Below, piece after piece: positions 1 through 7,981 of a DNA stretch of 64,000 bases. The notes under the pieces were generated by a model. The model was not told where the DNA came from. It worked only from the letters and a program-made list of their open reading frames with translations, and searched no databases. Within the stretch, counting starts at the first letter, position 1, and each line of letters begins with the position of its first letter. The DNA comes from Syntrophobacterales bacterium. Its GTDB lineage: Bacteria > Desulfobacterota > Desulfobaccia > Desulfobaccales > 0-14-0-80-60-11. Both the position numbers and the translations under genes were made by a program. The stretch lies in NCBI GenBank assembly GCA_023512475.1, contig JAILZL010000007.1, forward strand, positions 7,697 to 71,696. The letters are read 5' to 3'.

Positions 1-360
1 GATATGGTGGTGGTGCGGGAGGCGGTGCGCCTCAACGGCCTCACGGGCCTGGCCATCACCAAACTGGACGTGCTCACCACCCTGGACCCGGTGCGCCTGT
101 GCGTGGCCTACGAGGTGGACGGCCGCCGCCGGGAGACCATGCCCGCCACCCTGGAGGAATTGAGCCGCTGCACCCCCATCTTTGAGGATCTCCCCGGCTG
201 GCGGGAGGATATCCGGGGGGTGCGCCGCTTTGAGGACCTGCCGGCCGCCACCCGGTCGTACCTGAGGCGGGTGGAGGAGCTGGCGGGCGTCCCCCTGCAG
301 ATCGTTTCCGTGGGCCCGGCCCGGGACGAGACCATCATGCTGCAAAATCCTTTCGCCTAG
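1..360 (+). CDS. purA: adenylosuccinate synthetase, C-terminal fragment (5' end lies left of the window)
   Basis: The frame is open from nt 1. The translation (...LTGLAITKLDVL...LPGW...PLQIVSVGPARDETI) matches the conserved PurA C-terminus. Stop at 358-360. Confidence 0.9.
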   Translation, partial: DMVVVREAVRLNGLTGLAITKLDVLTTLDPVRLCVAYEVDGRRRETMPATLEELSRCTPIFEDLPGWREDIRGVRRFEDLPAATRSYLRRVEELAGVPLQIVSVGPARDETIMLQNPFA

Positions 361-373
361 AAAAAATTGGGGA

Positions 374-379
374 TATAAT
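374..379 (+). promoter_or_regulatory. candidate -10 box (perfect TATAAT) in a short AT-rich patch after purA
   Basis: 'aaaaaattggggaTATAATg' is one of very few AT-rich patches in this GC-rich window. It lies about 330 nt upstream of the OFOR operon start. The -35 is weak. Confidence 0.35.
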
Positions 380-712
380 GCGCCGAGGGATCCGAGGAGC
401 CAATCATGGGTAAACCGGGCACGGTTAAAGGGGGAAGCGGGCGGCGGCCGCCGCATGCTTCCCTAAATCCCCGATTTTCCTCCCTTCCGCCTTCCTGCCG
501 TCTCCCGTATCCCCTCTTCCTACCCCCCCAGGCACGGAACCCACAGATGGAAGGAGTGCCCCGGATCTGGTATGGCGCGGGACGGCCCCGGAGGGAAAAC
601 GGGTATGGAGGGGCGTCTTTACTCCGAAAAAGAGGCGGGTGACCTCGAAGACGGCGGTCAATCGGGGCCGTCTCTGGCGATAGCGATCATCAGTTCTTAA
701 AGGACCCACATC

Positions 713-1270
713 ATGCTGGAAATCCGCTTTCACGGACGGGGCGGGCAGGGCGCGGTTACTTCGGTGGAGCTCCTGGCCCTGGCCGCCATTCACGAAGGCA
801 AGTACGCCCAGGGCTTCCCCAGCTTCGGGCCGGAGCGCCGGGGGGCGCCGGTGCTGGCCTTCCTCAGGATCAACGACCGCCCCATCCGGCTGCGCTGCAA
901 GATCGCTCACCCGGATGTGGTCCTCATCCTGGACCCCAGCCTCATCCGCATCCAGAAGCCCGCCGCGGATTTAAAGCCCCAGGGCATCGTGGTCCTCAAC
1001 AGCCCCAAAAGCCCCTCGGAGATCCGCCGGGAATTCGGCTTCACCCATAAGCTGGCCCTGGTGGACGCCAACACCATCGCCCGGGAGGTCCTGGGGGTGC
1101 CCATCACCAATACCACCATGCTGGGGGCCCTGCTGAAGGCCACCGGGGTGGTGCGGCTGGAGTCCCTGGAGGAGCCCCTGAAGGAGCGCTTCGGGCCCCT
1201 GGCGGTGAAGAACTTCAACGCCCTGAAAACCGCCTACGAGCGGACCGTGGTAGAGGAGGCGCGGTCGTGA
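713..1270 (+). CDS. 2-oxoacid (pyruvate/2-ketoisovalerate-type):ferredoxin oxidoreductase, gamma subunit
   Basis: 185 aa. The N-terminus MLEIRFHGRGGQGAVT... is the typical OFOR gamma GRGGQG motif. It is first in the classical gamma-delta-alpha-beta gene order. Confidence 0.9.
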   Translation: MLEIRFHGRGGQGAVTSVELLALAAIHEGKYAQGFPSFGPERRGAPVLAFLRINDRPIRLRCKIAHPDVVLILDPSLIRIQKPAADLKPQGIVVLNSPKSPSEIRREFGFTHKLALVDANTIAREVLGVPITNTTMLGALLKATGVVRLESLEEPLKERFGPLAVKNFNALKTAYERTVVEEARS

Positions 1271-1569
1271 TCAAATACACCAAGCCCCTGGAGGAGACCA
1301 CCTGGCGGGAAATGGAAACCGGCGGTGTCCTCACCATCCCGGGGAGCGCCCGGGAATACCGGGTGGGGGACTGGCGCAGCCAGCACCCGGTATGGACCAA
1401 GAGCCGCTGCATCCGCTGCGGGGTGTGCTGGACGGTGTGCCCGGAGCCGGCCATCGTGGAGGAGCCCGGCGGCTATTTCGATATGGACCCCAATTACTGC
1501 AAGGGCTGCGGCATCTGCGCCCGGGAGTGCGTCACCGGCTGCATCACCATGGTGCCGGAGGAGGAGTGA
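1267..1569 (+). CDS. 2-oxoacid:ferredoxin oxidoreductase, delta subunit (2x[4Fe-4S] ferredoxin-like)
   Basis: 100 aa with two CxxCxxCxxxCP motifs (CIRCGVCWTVCP, CKGCGICARECV). The GTG start overlaps the gamma stop (GTGA). Confidence 0.9.
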   Translation: MIKYTKPLEETTWREMETGGVLTIPGSAREYRVGDWRSQHPVWTKSRCIRCGVCWTVCPEPAIVEEPGGYFDMDPNYCKGCGICARECVTGCITMVPEEE

Positions 1570-1570
1570 G

Positions 1571-2764
1571 ATGAGCGGTCAACCTGCCAGCGCCCGCCGG
1601 GTGGGGATGGAGGTCTCCATCGCCGTGTCCTATGCGGTGCAGATGGCCCGGGCCGAGGCCATCGCCGCCTATCCCATCACCCCTCAGACCCATATCGTGG
1701 AGCACCTGAGCAGCCTGGTGGCCAACGGCGAGCTGGAGGCGGAATTCATCAACGTGGAATCGGAGCATTCCGCCCTCTCCGCCTGCATCGGCATGTCCGC
1801 GGCCGGGGCCCGGACCTACACCGCCACCAGCGCCCAGGGTCTGGCCCTGATGCATGAGATTCTCTTCATCACCAGCGGCATGCGCTTCCCCATCGTCATG
1901 ACCGTGGCCAACCGGGCCCTGAGCGCGCCGCTGAGCATCTGGAACGACCACTCGGACATCATGGCGGCCCGGGATATCGGCTGGATCCAGGTGTTTGTGA
2001 AAAACGGCCAGGAGGCCTACGACCACACCCTCATGGCCTTCAAGATCGCCGAGCACCCCGAGGTGCTCCTCCCCACCATCGTCAACCTGGACGGTTTCAT
2101 TCTCTCCCATGTGGTGGAGGCCCTGGAATTCCTCAGCCAGGAGGACGTGGACGCCTTCCTGCCGCCCTATCAGCCCAAATATCGCCTGGACCCCAAAAAG
2201 CCCGTGACCATGGGCGCCTTCGCCATGCCGGAGATCTACACCGAGGTGAAGTACGCCCATCAGGTGGCCCTGAGCAATTCCTACGGCCACATCCTGAGGG
2301 TCTGGGACGAATGGGCCGGGCTCACCGGGCGGCACTACCGGCCGGTGGAGTCCTACCTCACCGAGGACGCCAGGATCCTCTTCCTCACCATGGGGAGCCT
2401 CACCGAGGTGGCGGAGGTGGCGGTGGAGGAGATGCGGGCTCAGGGGCTGCCGGTGGGTCTTCTGAGCCTGAGGCTGTGGCGGCCCTTCCCCTTCGACGCC
2501 CTCCGGGAGGCCGTGAAGGGCGCCGAGCTCCTCATCGTCTGCGACCGGGCCCTGTCCGCCGGCGGTCCCGGCGGCCCGGTGCACTCGGAGGTGCGCAACT
2601 GCCTCTACCCCCTTGAAACCAAACCCGCCACGGTGAACTACATCATCGGCCTGGGCGGCCGGGATGTGCCGCCTAAGGCCTTCCACGACATCCTGGCCCG
2701 GGCCCGGCAGGAGGCGGAAAGCGGGCCCACCGGGGAATTCTTCCTCTATGGAGTGCGAGGGTGA
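1571..2764 (+). CDS. 2-oxoacid:ferredoxin oxidoreductase, alpha subunit
   Basis: ATG at 1571 lies 1 nt after the delta stop. MSGQ...AIAAYPITPQTHIVEHL...SEHSA is the OFOR alpha N-terminal signature. The longer track ORF from 1325 overlaps delta in another frame and is not credible. Confidence 0.9.
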   Translation: MSGQPASARRVGMEVSIAVSYAVQMARAEAIAAYPITPQTHIVEHLSSLVANGELEAEFINVESEHSALSACIGMSAAGARTYTATSAQGLALMHEILFITSGMRFPIVMTVANRALSAPLSIWNDHSDIMAARDIGWIQVFVKNGQEAYDHTLMAFKIAEHPEVLLPTIVNLDGFILSHVVEALEFLSQEDVDAFLPPYQPKYRLDPKKPVTMGAFAMPEIYTEVKYAHQVALSNSYGHILRVWDEWAGLTGRHYRPVESYLTEDARILFLTMGSLTEVAEVAVEEMRAQGLPVGLLSLRLWRPFPFDALREAVKGAELLIVCDRALSAGGPGGPVHSEVRNCLYPLETKPATVNYIIGLGGRDVPPKAFHDILARARQEAESGPTGEFFLYGVRG

Positions 2765-3768
2765 TGGACAAATTCGGATTCGCCCAGAGCCAGAAATTTG
2801 ACACCTATGCCTCCCGGCTGCTGCCCCGGGAGGAATACTTCACCTCGGGGCACCGCTCCTGCCAGGGCTGCGGCGAGGCCCTGGCGGTGCGCTGGGTCTG
2901 CAAGGCCATCGGCAAGGACGCCATCATCGCCCACGCCACCGGCTGCATGGAGATCGTCTCCAGCGGCATGCCCCAGACCTCCTGGATGCACCCCTGGATC
3001 CATGTGGCCTTCGAGAACACCGCGGCGGTGGCCGCCGGCATCGAAACCGGCCTCAAGATCCTGGCCCGCAAAGGCAAGATCCCGGAGCCCCTCCCCGCGG
3101 TGGTGGCCATGGGCGGGGACGGCGGCACCTCGGACATCGGGCTGCAGGCCCTCTCCGGCGCCCTGGAGCGGGGGCATAACTTCACCTATGTCTGCTGGGA
3201 CAACGAAGCCTACATGAACACCGGCATCCAGCGGTCCAGCTCCACCCCCTACGGCGCCATGACCACCACCTCCCCGCCGGGCAAGCGCAGCATCGGCCAG
3301 GCCACCTGGAAGAAGAACATGGTGGCCATCGCCGTGGCCCATGGCATTCCGTACGTGGCCACCGCCTCCCCCAGCTATGTCTTCGATCTCTACTTCAAGG
3401 TGCGCAAGGCCATCGAAACGCCGGGGCCGGCCTACATCCATGTGCTCAGCGTCTGCCCCACGGGCTGGCGCTCGGCCACGGACCTGAGCGTCCGCCTGGG
3501 CCGCCTGGCGGTGGAGACCGGGGTCTTTCCTTTGTATGAGGTGGTGAACGGCCGCTACCGCCTCACGGTGCAGCCCCCCAAGCTGCGGCCGGTGATCGAT
3601 TACCTGAAGCCCCAGGGCCGTTTCCGGCACCTCAGGAAGCCGGAGCTGGACCTCATCCAGCGGCAGACCCTGGCGGCCTATGAGCTCCTTTTGGCCAAAT
3701 GCCAGGCTCCGTATCCGGAATTTCCGGTCCTGAGCCACGAAGAAGAGACCATCGCTGAGGGTGCATGA
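2761..3768 (+). CDS. 2-oxoacid:ferredoxin oxidoreductase, beta subunit (TPP/[4Fe-4S] binding)
   Basis: 335 aa. It has HRSCQGCG, the GGDGGTSDIG TPP motif and CPTGW. The start overlaps the alpha stop. Confidence 0.9.
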   Translation: MMDKFGFAQSQKFDTYASRLLPREEYFTSGHRSCQGCGEALAVRWVCKAIGKDAIIAHATGCMEIVSSGMPQTSWMHPWIHVAFENTAAVAAGIETGLKILARKGKIPEPLPAVVAMGGDGGTSDIGLQALSGALERGHNFTYVCWDNEAYMNTGIQRSSSTPYGAMTTTSPPGKRSIGQATWKKNMVAIAVAHGIPYVATASPSYVFDLYFKVRKAIETPGPAYIHVLSVCPTGWRSATDLSVRLGRLAVETGVFPLYEVVNGRYRLTVQPPKLRPVIDYLKPQGRFRHLRKPELDLIQRQTLAAYELLLAKCQAPYPEFPVLSHEEETIAEGA

Positions 3769-4224
3769 ATGGATGCGGCGCGACTGGAAGCCATCCTCTC
3801 CCGCTATGAAGGGGAGCCCTACGATCTGATCCCGGTGCTTCAGGAGATCCAGGACAATTACGGCTATCTGCCCAAGGACGAGGTGAAGGAGGTGGCCCGG
3901 CGGCTGAATGTGCCGCTCACCCAGATCTACAGTGTGGCCACCTTTTACAAGATGTTCAGCCTCATCCCCAAGGGCAGACACCAGGTCAAGGTCTGCCTGG
4001 GCACCACCTGCCACCTGAAGGGCGGCCCCCGCCTGGTGGATTCCCTCTCCAGCCGCCTGGGGGTGGAGGTGGGCTACACCTCCAAGGACGGGCAGTTCTC
4101 CCTGGAGACGGTGGGCTGCCTGGGGTCCTGCGCCCAGGCCCCGGTGATGATGGTGGACGACAAATACTTTGCCCGGGTGACCGTGGACAAGGTGCCCAAG
4201 ATTCTGAAACTCTACCAGTCCTGA
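3769..4224 (+). CDS. NuoE/HydC-like thioredoxin-fold [2Fe-2S] subunit
   Basis: 151 aa. LIPVLQEIQDNYGYLP..., CLGTTCHLKG and GCLGSCAQAP are the NuoE-family cysteine pattern. ATG immediately follows the beta stop. Confidence 0.85.
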   Translation: MDAARLEAILSRYEGEPYDLIPVLQEIQDNYGYLPKDEVKEVARRLNVPLTQIYSVATFYKMFSLIPKGRHQVKVCLGTTCHLKGGPRLVDSLSSRLGVEVGYTSKDGQFSLETVGCLGSCAQAPVMMVDDKYFARVTVDKVPKILKLYQS

Positions 4225-4296
4225 GCTGCGGGGGCCGCCCGGGGGCGTTGGGGCCCCGCCTGAGGGAGGGCGGCGAGGCAGTGAAAGAGATCGCTT

Positions 4297-6150
4297 ATGC
4301 CCAAGTTTGAATCCATCGATCATTTAAATGAATATCGGCGCCAGCTGCGGGCCCGACGGGACCCCAGCCAGCCCCAGGTGCTGGTGTGCGCCGGCCCGGG
4401 CTGCCTGCCTCTGGGAAGCGAAGAGGTGGCCCAGGCCTTCCGGGCCCAGCTGGAGGAGAAGGGCCTGAGCGCCCAGGTGGCCCTGAAAACCAGCGGCTGT
4501 CACGGCCTCTGCGCCCGGGGGGTGCGGGTCCTCCTCCGGCCCCAGGAGATCACCTACCAGAAGGTCACCCCGGCGGATGTGCCGGAGATCGTGGAGACCA
4601 CCCTGGTGGGGGGCGGGGTGGTGGAGCGCCTGCTGCACGAGGAGCCGGAGACCCACGCCCTCTGCCGCCACAAGGGCGACATTCCCTTCTACCGGAGCCA
4701 GCAGGCCATTGTGCTGCGCAAGCTGGACGTCATCGATCCGGAGTCCCTGGACGATTACCTGGCCCTGGGGGGCTACCGCAGCCTGCGCAAGGCCTTCTTT
4801 GAGATGACCCCGGACGAGGTCATCGAGGCGGTGGAGCGCTCGGGCCTCAGGGGCCGGGGCGGCGGCGGTTTCCCCACCGGCCGCAAATGGCGCATCTGCC
4901 GGGACACCGGGGAGCCCATCAAGTTCGTCATCTGCAACGGCGACGAAGGTGACCCCGGGGCCTTCATGGACCGGGCGGTGATGGAAGGCGACCCCCACGC
5001 GGTCATCGAGGGCATGATCATCGGGGCCTACGCCATCGGCGCCCGCCGGGGCTACATCTATGTGCGCCATGAATACCCCCTGGCGGTGAAACGCCTGCAG
5101 CTGGCCATCCAGCAGGCCCGGGAGGCGGGCTTTTTGGGCAAGAACATCCTGCGCTCCGGGTTTGACTTTGACATCCAGATCAGCCAGGGCTCCGGGGCCT
5201 TTGTCTGCGGCGAGGAGACGGCCCTCATCGCCAGCATCGAGGGCCACATCGGCGAGCCCATGCCCCGGCCGCCCTATCCGGCGGTCTCCGGGCTCTTCGG
5301 CCAGCCCACCATCATCAACAACGTGGAGACCTGGGCCAACGTGCCGGAGATCATCAATATGGGGCCGGAGTGGTTCGCCGCCATCGGCACCGAAGGGAGC
5401 AAAGGCACCAAAATCTTCTCCCTGGTGGGCGCGGTGCACCACTCCGGGCTGGTGGAAGTGCCCATGGGCACGACGCTCAGGCAGATCGTCTTTGATATCG
5501 GCGGCGGCATCCCCGGCGGGCGGGCCTTCAAGGCGGTGCAGACCGGCGGCCCCTCCGGCGGCTGCATCCCGGCTGAGTTTCTGGACCTGCCGGTGGATTA
5601 TGACAGCCTGCAGCAGGTGGGCTCCATCATGGGCTCCGGCGGCCTCATCGTCATGGACGAGACCAGCTGCATGGTGGATGTGGCCCGCTATTTCATCGGC
5701 TTCCTCTATGAGGAGTCCTGCGGCAAGTGCACCCCCTGCCGGGAAGGCCTGAAACAGCTCAAGAAGATCTATGAAGACATCACCTACGGCCGGGGGGAGG
5801 AGAAGCATCTCACCCTGATGGAGGATCTGTGCGCCGTCATGGCCTCCGCCTCCATCTGCGGGCTGGGCCAGAGCGCGGTGAATCCGGTGCTATCCACCCT
5901 GAAGTATTTCCGGCACGAATATGAGGCCCACATCCGGGACAAGAAGTGCCCGGCTCTGGTCTGCCGGCCCCTCCTCAAGTACACCATTGACCCCGAGACC
6001 TGCACCGGCTGCCTGGCCTGTGTCAGGGAATGTCCGGTGGGGGCCATCTCCGGTCTGAAAAAGGAGGCCCAGGAGATCGACCAGGAGCTCTGCATCAAGT
6101 GCGGCCTGTGCTATGAGGTCTGCCAGTTTGATGCGGTGAGGAGGGAGTAA
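4297..6150 (+). CDS. NuoF/HydB-like NAD(H)- and FMN-binding flavoprotein with an N-terminal [2Fe-2S] domain and C-terminal 2x[4Fe-4S] domain
   Basis: 617 aa. It has GLRGRGGGGFPTGRKW (FMN/NADH site), ESCGKCTPCREG (N3 cluster), CAGPGC...GCHGLC at the N-terminus, and CTGCLACVRECP / CIKCGLCYEVC at the C-terminus. Confidence 0.9.
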   Translation: MPKFESIDHLNEYRRQLRARRDPSQPQVLVCAGPGCLPLGSEEVAQAFRAQLEEKGLSAQVALKTSGCHGLCARGVRVLLRPQEITYQKVTPADVPEIVETTLVGGGVVERLLHEEPETHALCRHKGDIPFYRSQQAIVLRKLDVIDPESLDDYLALGGYRSLRKAFFEMTPDEVIEAVERSGLRGRGGGGFPTGRKWRICRDTGEPIKFVICNGDEGDPGAFMDRAVMEGDPHAVIEGMIIGAYAIGARRGYIYVRHEYPLAVKRLQLAIQQAREAGFLGKNILRSGFDFDIQISQGSGAFVCGEETALIASIEGHIGEPMPRPPYPAVSGLFGQPTIINNVETWANVPEIINMGPEWFAAIGTEGSKGTKIFSLVGAVHHSGLVEVPMGTTLRQIVFDIGGGIPGGRAFKAVQTGGPSGGCIPAEFLDLPVDYDSLQQVGSIMGSGGLIVMDETSCMVDVARYFIGFLYEESCGKCTPCREGLKQLKKIYEDITYGRGEEKHLTLMEDLCAVMASASICGLGQSAVNPVLSTLKYFRHEYEAHIRDKKCPALVCRPLLKYTIDPETCTGCLACVRECPVGAISGLKKEAQEIDQELCIKCGLCYEVCQFDAVRRE

Positions 6151-6154
6151 GGCC

Positions 6155-6913
6155 ATGCCCATGCGCAAACTTGCCGATCAGGTCACCCCCCGGACCATCG
6201 AGGAGGTGGGCCTTTATATCAACGACACCTTGGTGCGGGCGGACACCTCCTGGACCATCCTGCGTACCGCCCGGGAGATGGGCATCGACATCCCCACCCT
6301 GTGCTATCATCCGGACCTGCCCTCGGAAGGGCACTGCCGGCTGTGCGTGGTGGAGATCGGGGAACCTCCCCGCACCCGTCTGGTGAACGCCTGCACCTAC
6401 CCGGTGGAGGCCAACCTGAAGGTGCAGACCCACTCCGAGAAGGTCATGCACGCCCGGCGCCTGGTGCTGGAGCTGCTCCTGGCCCGGACCCCCAAGGCCA
6501 AAATCATCCGGGACTTGGCCCACGCTCACGGGGTCTATGAGAGCCGCTTCCACACCGAGGACCCGGAGGAGCTGTGCATCCTCTGCGGCCTGTGCGTGCG
6601 CACCTGCCGGGAGATCGTGGGGGTCTCCGCCATCAGCATGGCGGGCCGCACCCCCGACAAGCAGGTGGCCACCCCCTTCAAGGAGGCCTCAGAAGCCTGC
6701 ATCGGCTGCGGCTCCTGCGCCTTCATCTGCCCCACCGGGGTCATCCCCTACACCGAAAAGGACGGCATCCGCACCATCTGGGGCCGGGACTTTGAGCTGG
6801 CCGCCTGCCGGGTGTGCGGCAATTACATCGAACCTCTGGCCCAGCTGGAGCATTGGGCCCGGATTACCGGCGATCCGGTGGAGACCTTCCTGGTCTGCCG
6901 GGACTGCCGCTGA
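6155..6913 (+). CDS. NuoG-N-terminal-like Fe-S protein ([2Fe-2S] plus His/Cys and [4Fe-4S] motifs) lacking any catalytic domain
   Basis: 252 aa. It has LCYHPDLPSEGHCRLCVVE (plant-type 2Fe-2S), H...CILCGLCVRTC, CIGCGSCAFICP and a terminal CRVCG...CRDC. It starts 4 nt after the NuoF-like stop. Confidence 0.8.
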   Translation: MPMRKLADQVTPRTIEEVGLYINDTLVRADTSWTILRTAREMGIDIPTLCYHPDLPSEGHCRLCVVEIGEPPRTRLVNACTYPVEANLKVQTHSEKVMHARRLVLELLLARTPKAKIIRDLAHAHGVYESRFHTEDPEELCILCGLCVRTCREIVGVSAISMAGRTPDKQVATPFKEASEACIGCGSCAFICPTGVIPYTEKDGIRTIWGRDFELAACRVCGNYIEPLAQLEHWARITGDPVETFLVCRDCR

Positions 6914-7002
6914 GCGGACGGCCACGCCGGGGGAAGGGTGAGGGCCCTCCCCCGGTGGCGCCGCCTCTTTCCCCCTTGCCGCTTTTTCCCCCCTCTTTTG
7001 AT

Positions 7003-7008
7003 ATAATA
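7003..7008 (+). promoter_or_regulatory. candidate -10 box (TATAAT) inside a ~30-nt AT-only island
   Basis: 'ttttgaTATAATaattaatatataag' sits in otherwise GC-rich DNA downstream of the OFOR operon and about 240 nt upstream of the next ORF. Confidence 0.3.
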
Positions 7009-7244
7009 ATTAATATATAAGAGCTGCGGGCGAGGCAGAAGGCCGCCGCCTTCCTTCCGCAGTCACAGTCGGCAGTCCCCGCAGAAAGGCGTAACCGGTC
7101 CGGAAGCAGGCATGTCCCGATTCCTTCTCCTGGCTCAAGCATCCCTTTCCCCACGCCGATTTCTGAGCTGAGATCAGCCTGCCAGCCTGCGGTGGCATTC
7201 CCACATCCGTGCGGCGGATCGCCGCACCTGACGGAGGCAAGTCC

Positions 7245-7568
7245 ATGCAGAGAGCCCTCTGGTTTTTCCTGTCGTTGATTTTCGGTCTGCTGCTCGTCAA
7301 CATCACCCTGGATCCCAGCCCCTTTCTGCCCCCGGCCCCGGAGACGGTGGCCGCCGCGCCCCGGGATCCCGCCCTGCCCCTCACCGAGGCGGAGTACAAA
7401 CGTCTGAAGGCGGCGGTGAGCTCCTTTGACCTGGCCAACGGCCTCACCCGGCAGGATTTTGAGACCATGCCCGAGGGGCGGCACCACGCCTTCTACTTCA
7501 TGCTGGGGGCGTTTTGGCTGGTCCTGGGTCTGAAGACCCTGGGGAAGCCCCGCCGGCTCGATGACTAA
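7245..7568 (+). CDS. hypothetical small membrane protein (hydrophobic segments at both ends)
   Basis: ATG at 7245 is preceded by GGAGG. MQRALWFFLSLIFGLLLV... and ...FYFMLGAFWLVLGL are hydrophobic helices. No family recognised. Confidence 0.5.
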   Translation: MQRALWFFLSLIFGLLLVNITLDPSPFLPPAPETVAAAPRDPALPLTEAEYKRLKAAVSSFDLANGLTRQDFETMPEGRHHAFYFMLGAFWLVLGLKTLGKPRRLDD

Positions 7569-7681
7569 CGCGGGGGAGTCCCGGGCGGTCTGAAGGGGAG
7601 GGGAGTGGCCTCGTCGGAGAGCTTCCGGGCTGGCACGGGCCTGACGGCCGCCCTCCCCATTTCCTGCTGAAGGAGGCCGGA

Positions 7682-7981
7682 ATGCGCCGCTTCGGACTCG
7701 CCCTGGTGGGCGTCGTGTGTCTGACCCTCTGGTGGACCGGATTTCCGGCCCTGGCCGCAGACCTCTCCGGCCGGGTGGAGGCAGTGCCCCCCGGGGGCGT
7801 GGGCCCCTGGGTGGTGAGCGGGGTCCCGGTGGAGGTGACCCCGGCCACGAAAATCAAGCTCAAGGGACCCCTGGCCCCGGGCCGGGCGGTGCGCCTCAAG
7901 GGCTATTATGCCCCCGACGGCCGCTTTGTGGCCACGGAGATCAAGGCCAAAAAGGCGAAAAAGGGCAAGAAGCACTGGTGA
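7682..7981 (+). CDS. small secreted beta-rich protein (resembles DUF5666-type domain), Lys-rich tail
   Basis: Signal peptide MRRFGLALVGVVCLTLWWTGFPALA. The RBS is gaaggagg. It is a paralogue of the ORF at 31770..32084. Confidence 0.6.
   Translation: MRRFGLALVGVVCLTLWWTGFPALAADLSGRVEAVPPGGVGPWVVSGVPVEVTPATKIKLKGPLAPGRAVRLKGYYAPDGRFVATEIKAKKAKKGKKHW

Noticed and set aside
406-642. A 78-aa ORF in the purA-OFOR leader.
   Set aside because: It is Pro/Arg/Gly-rich and has no SD or motif. It spans the polypyrimidine tract, which by itself keeps a frame open.
1325-1570. N-terminal extensions of track ORFs that overlap upstream genes: 1325 for the OFOR alpha subunit, 7717 for mtaB, 52748 for bioF, 54282 for bioC, 38887 for nadC, 57987 for the protease and 15572..16456 for the regulator.
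   Set aside because: The extensions are low-complexity and overlap well-supported genes. Internal starts with SD sequences or ATGA/GTGA coupling reproduce the conserved family N-termini.
7090-7200. B12-box-like GGTCCGGAAGCAGGC and TPP-riboswitch-like CTGAGA...CCTGCCAGC strings in the leader at 7020-7244.
   Set aside because: These are only partial matches. The other conserved aptamer elements (GGGAA/GGTG.AA.TCC for B12; correct spacing and the ACCTGATCTGGATAATGCCAGCG core for TPP) are absent, and the downstream genes are unrelated to either cofactor.
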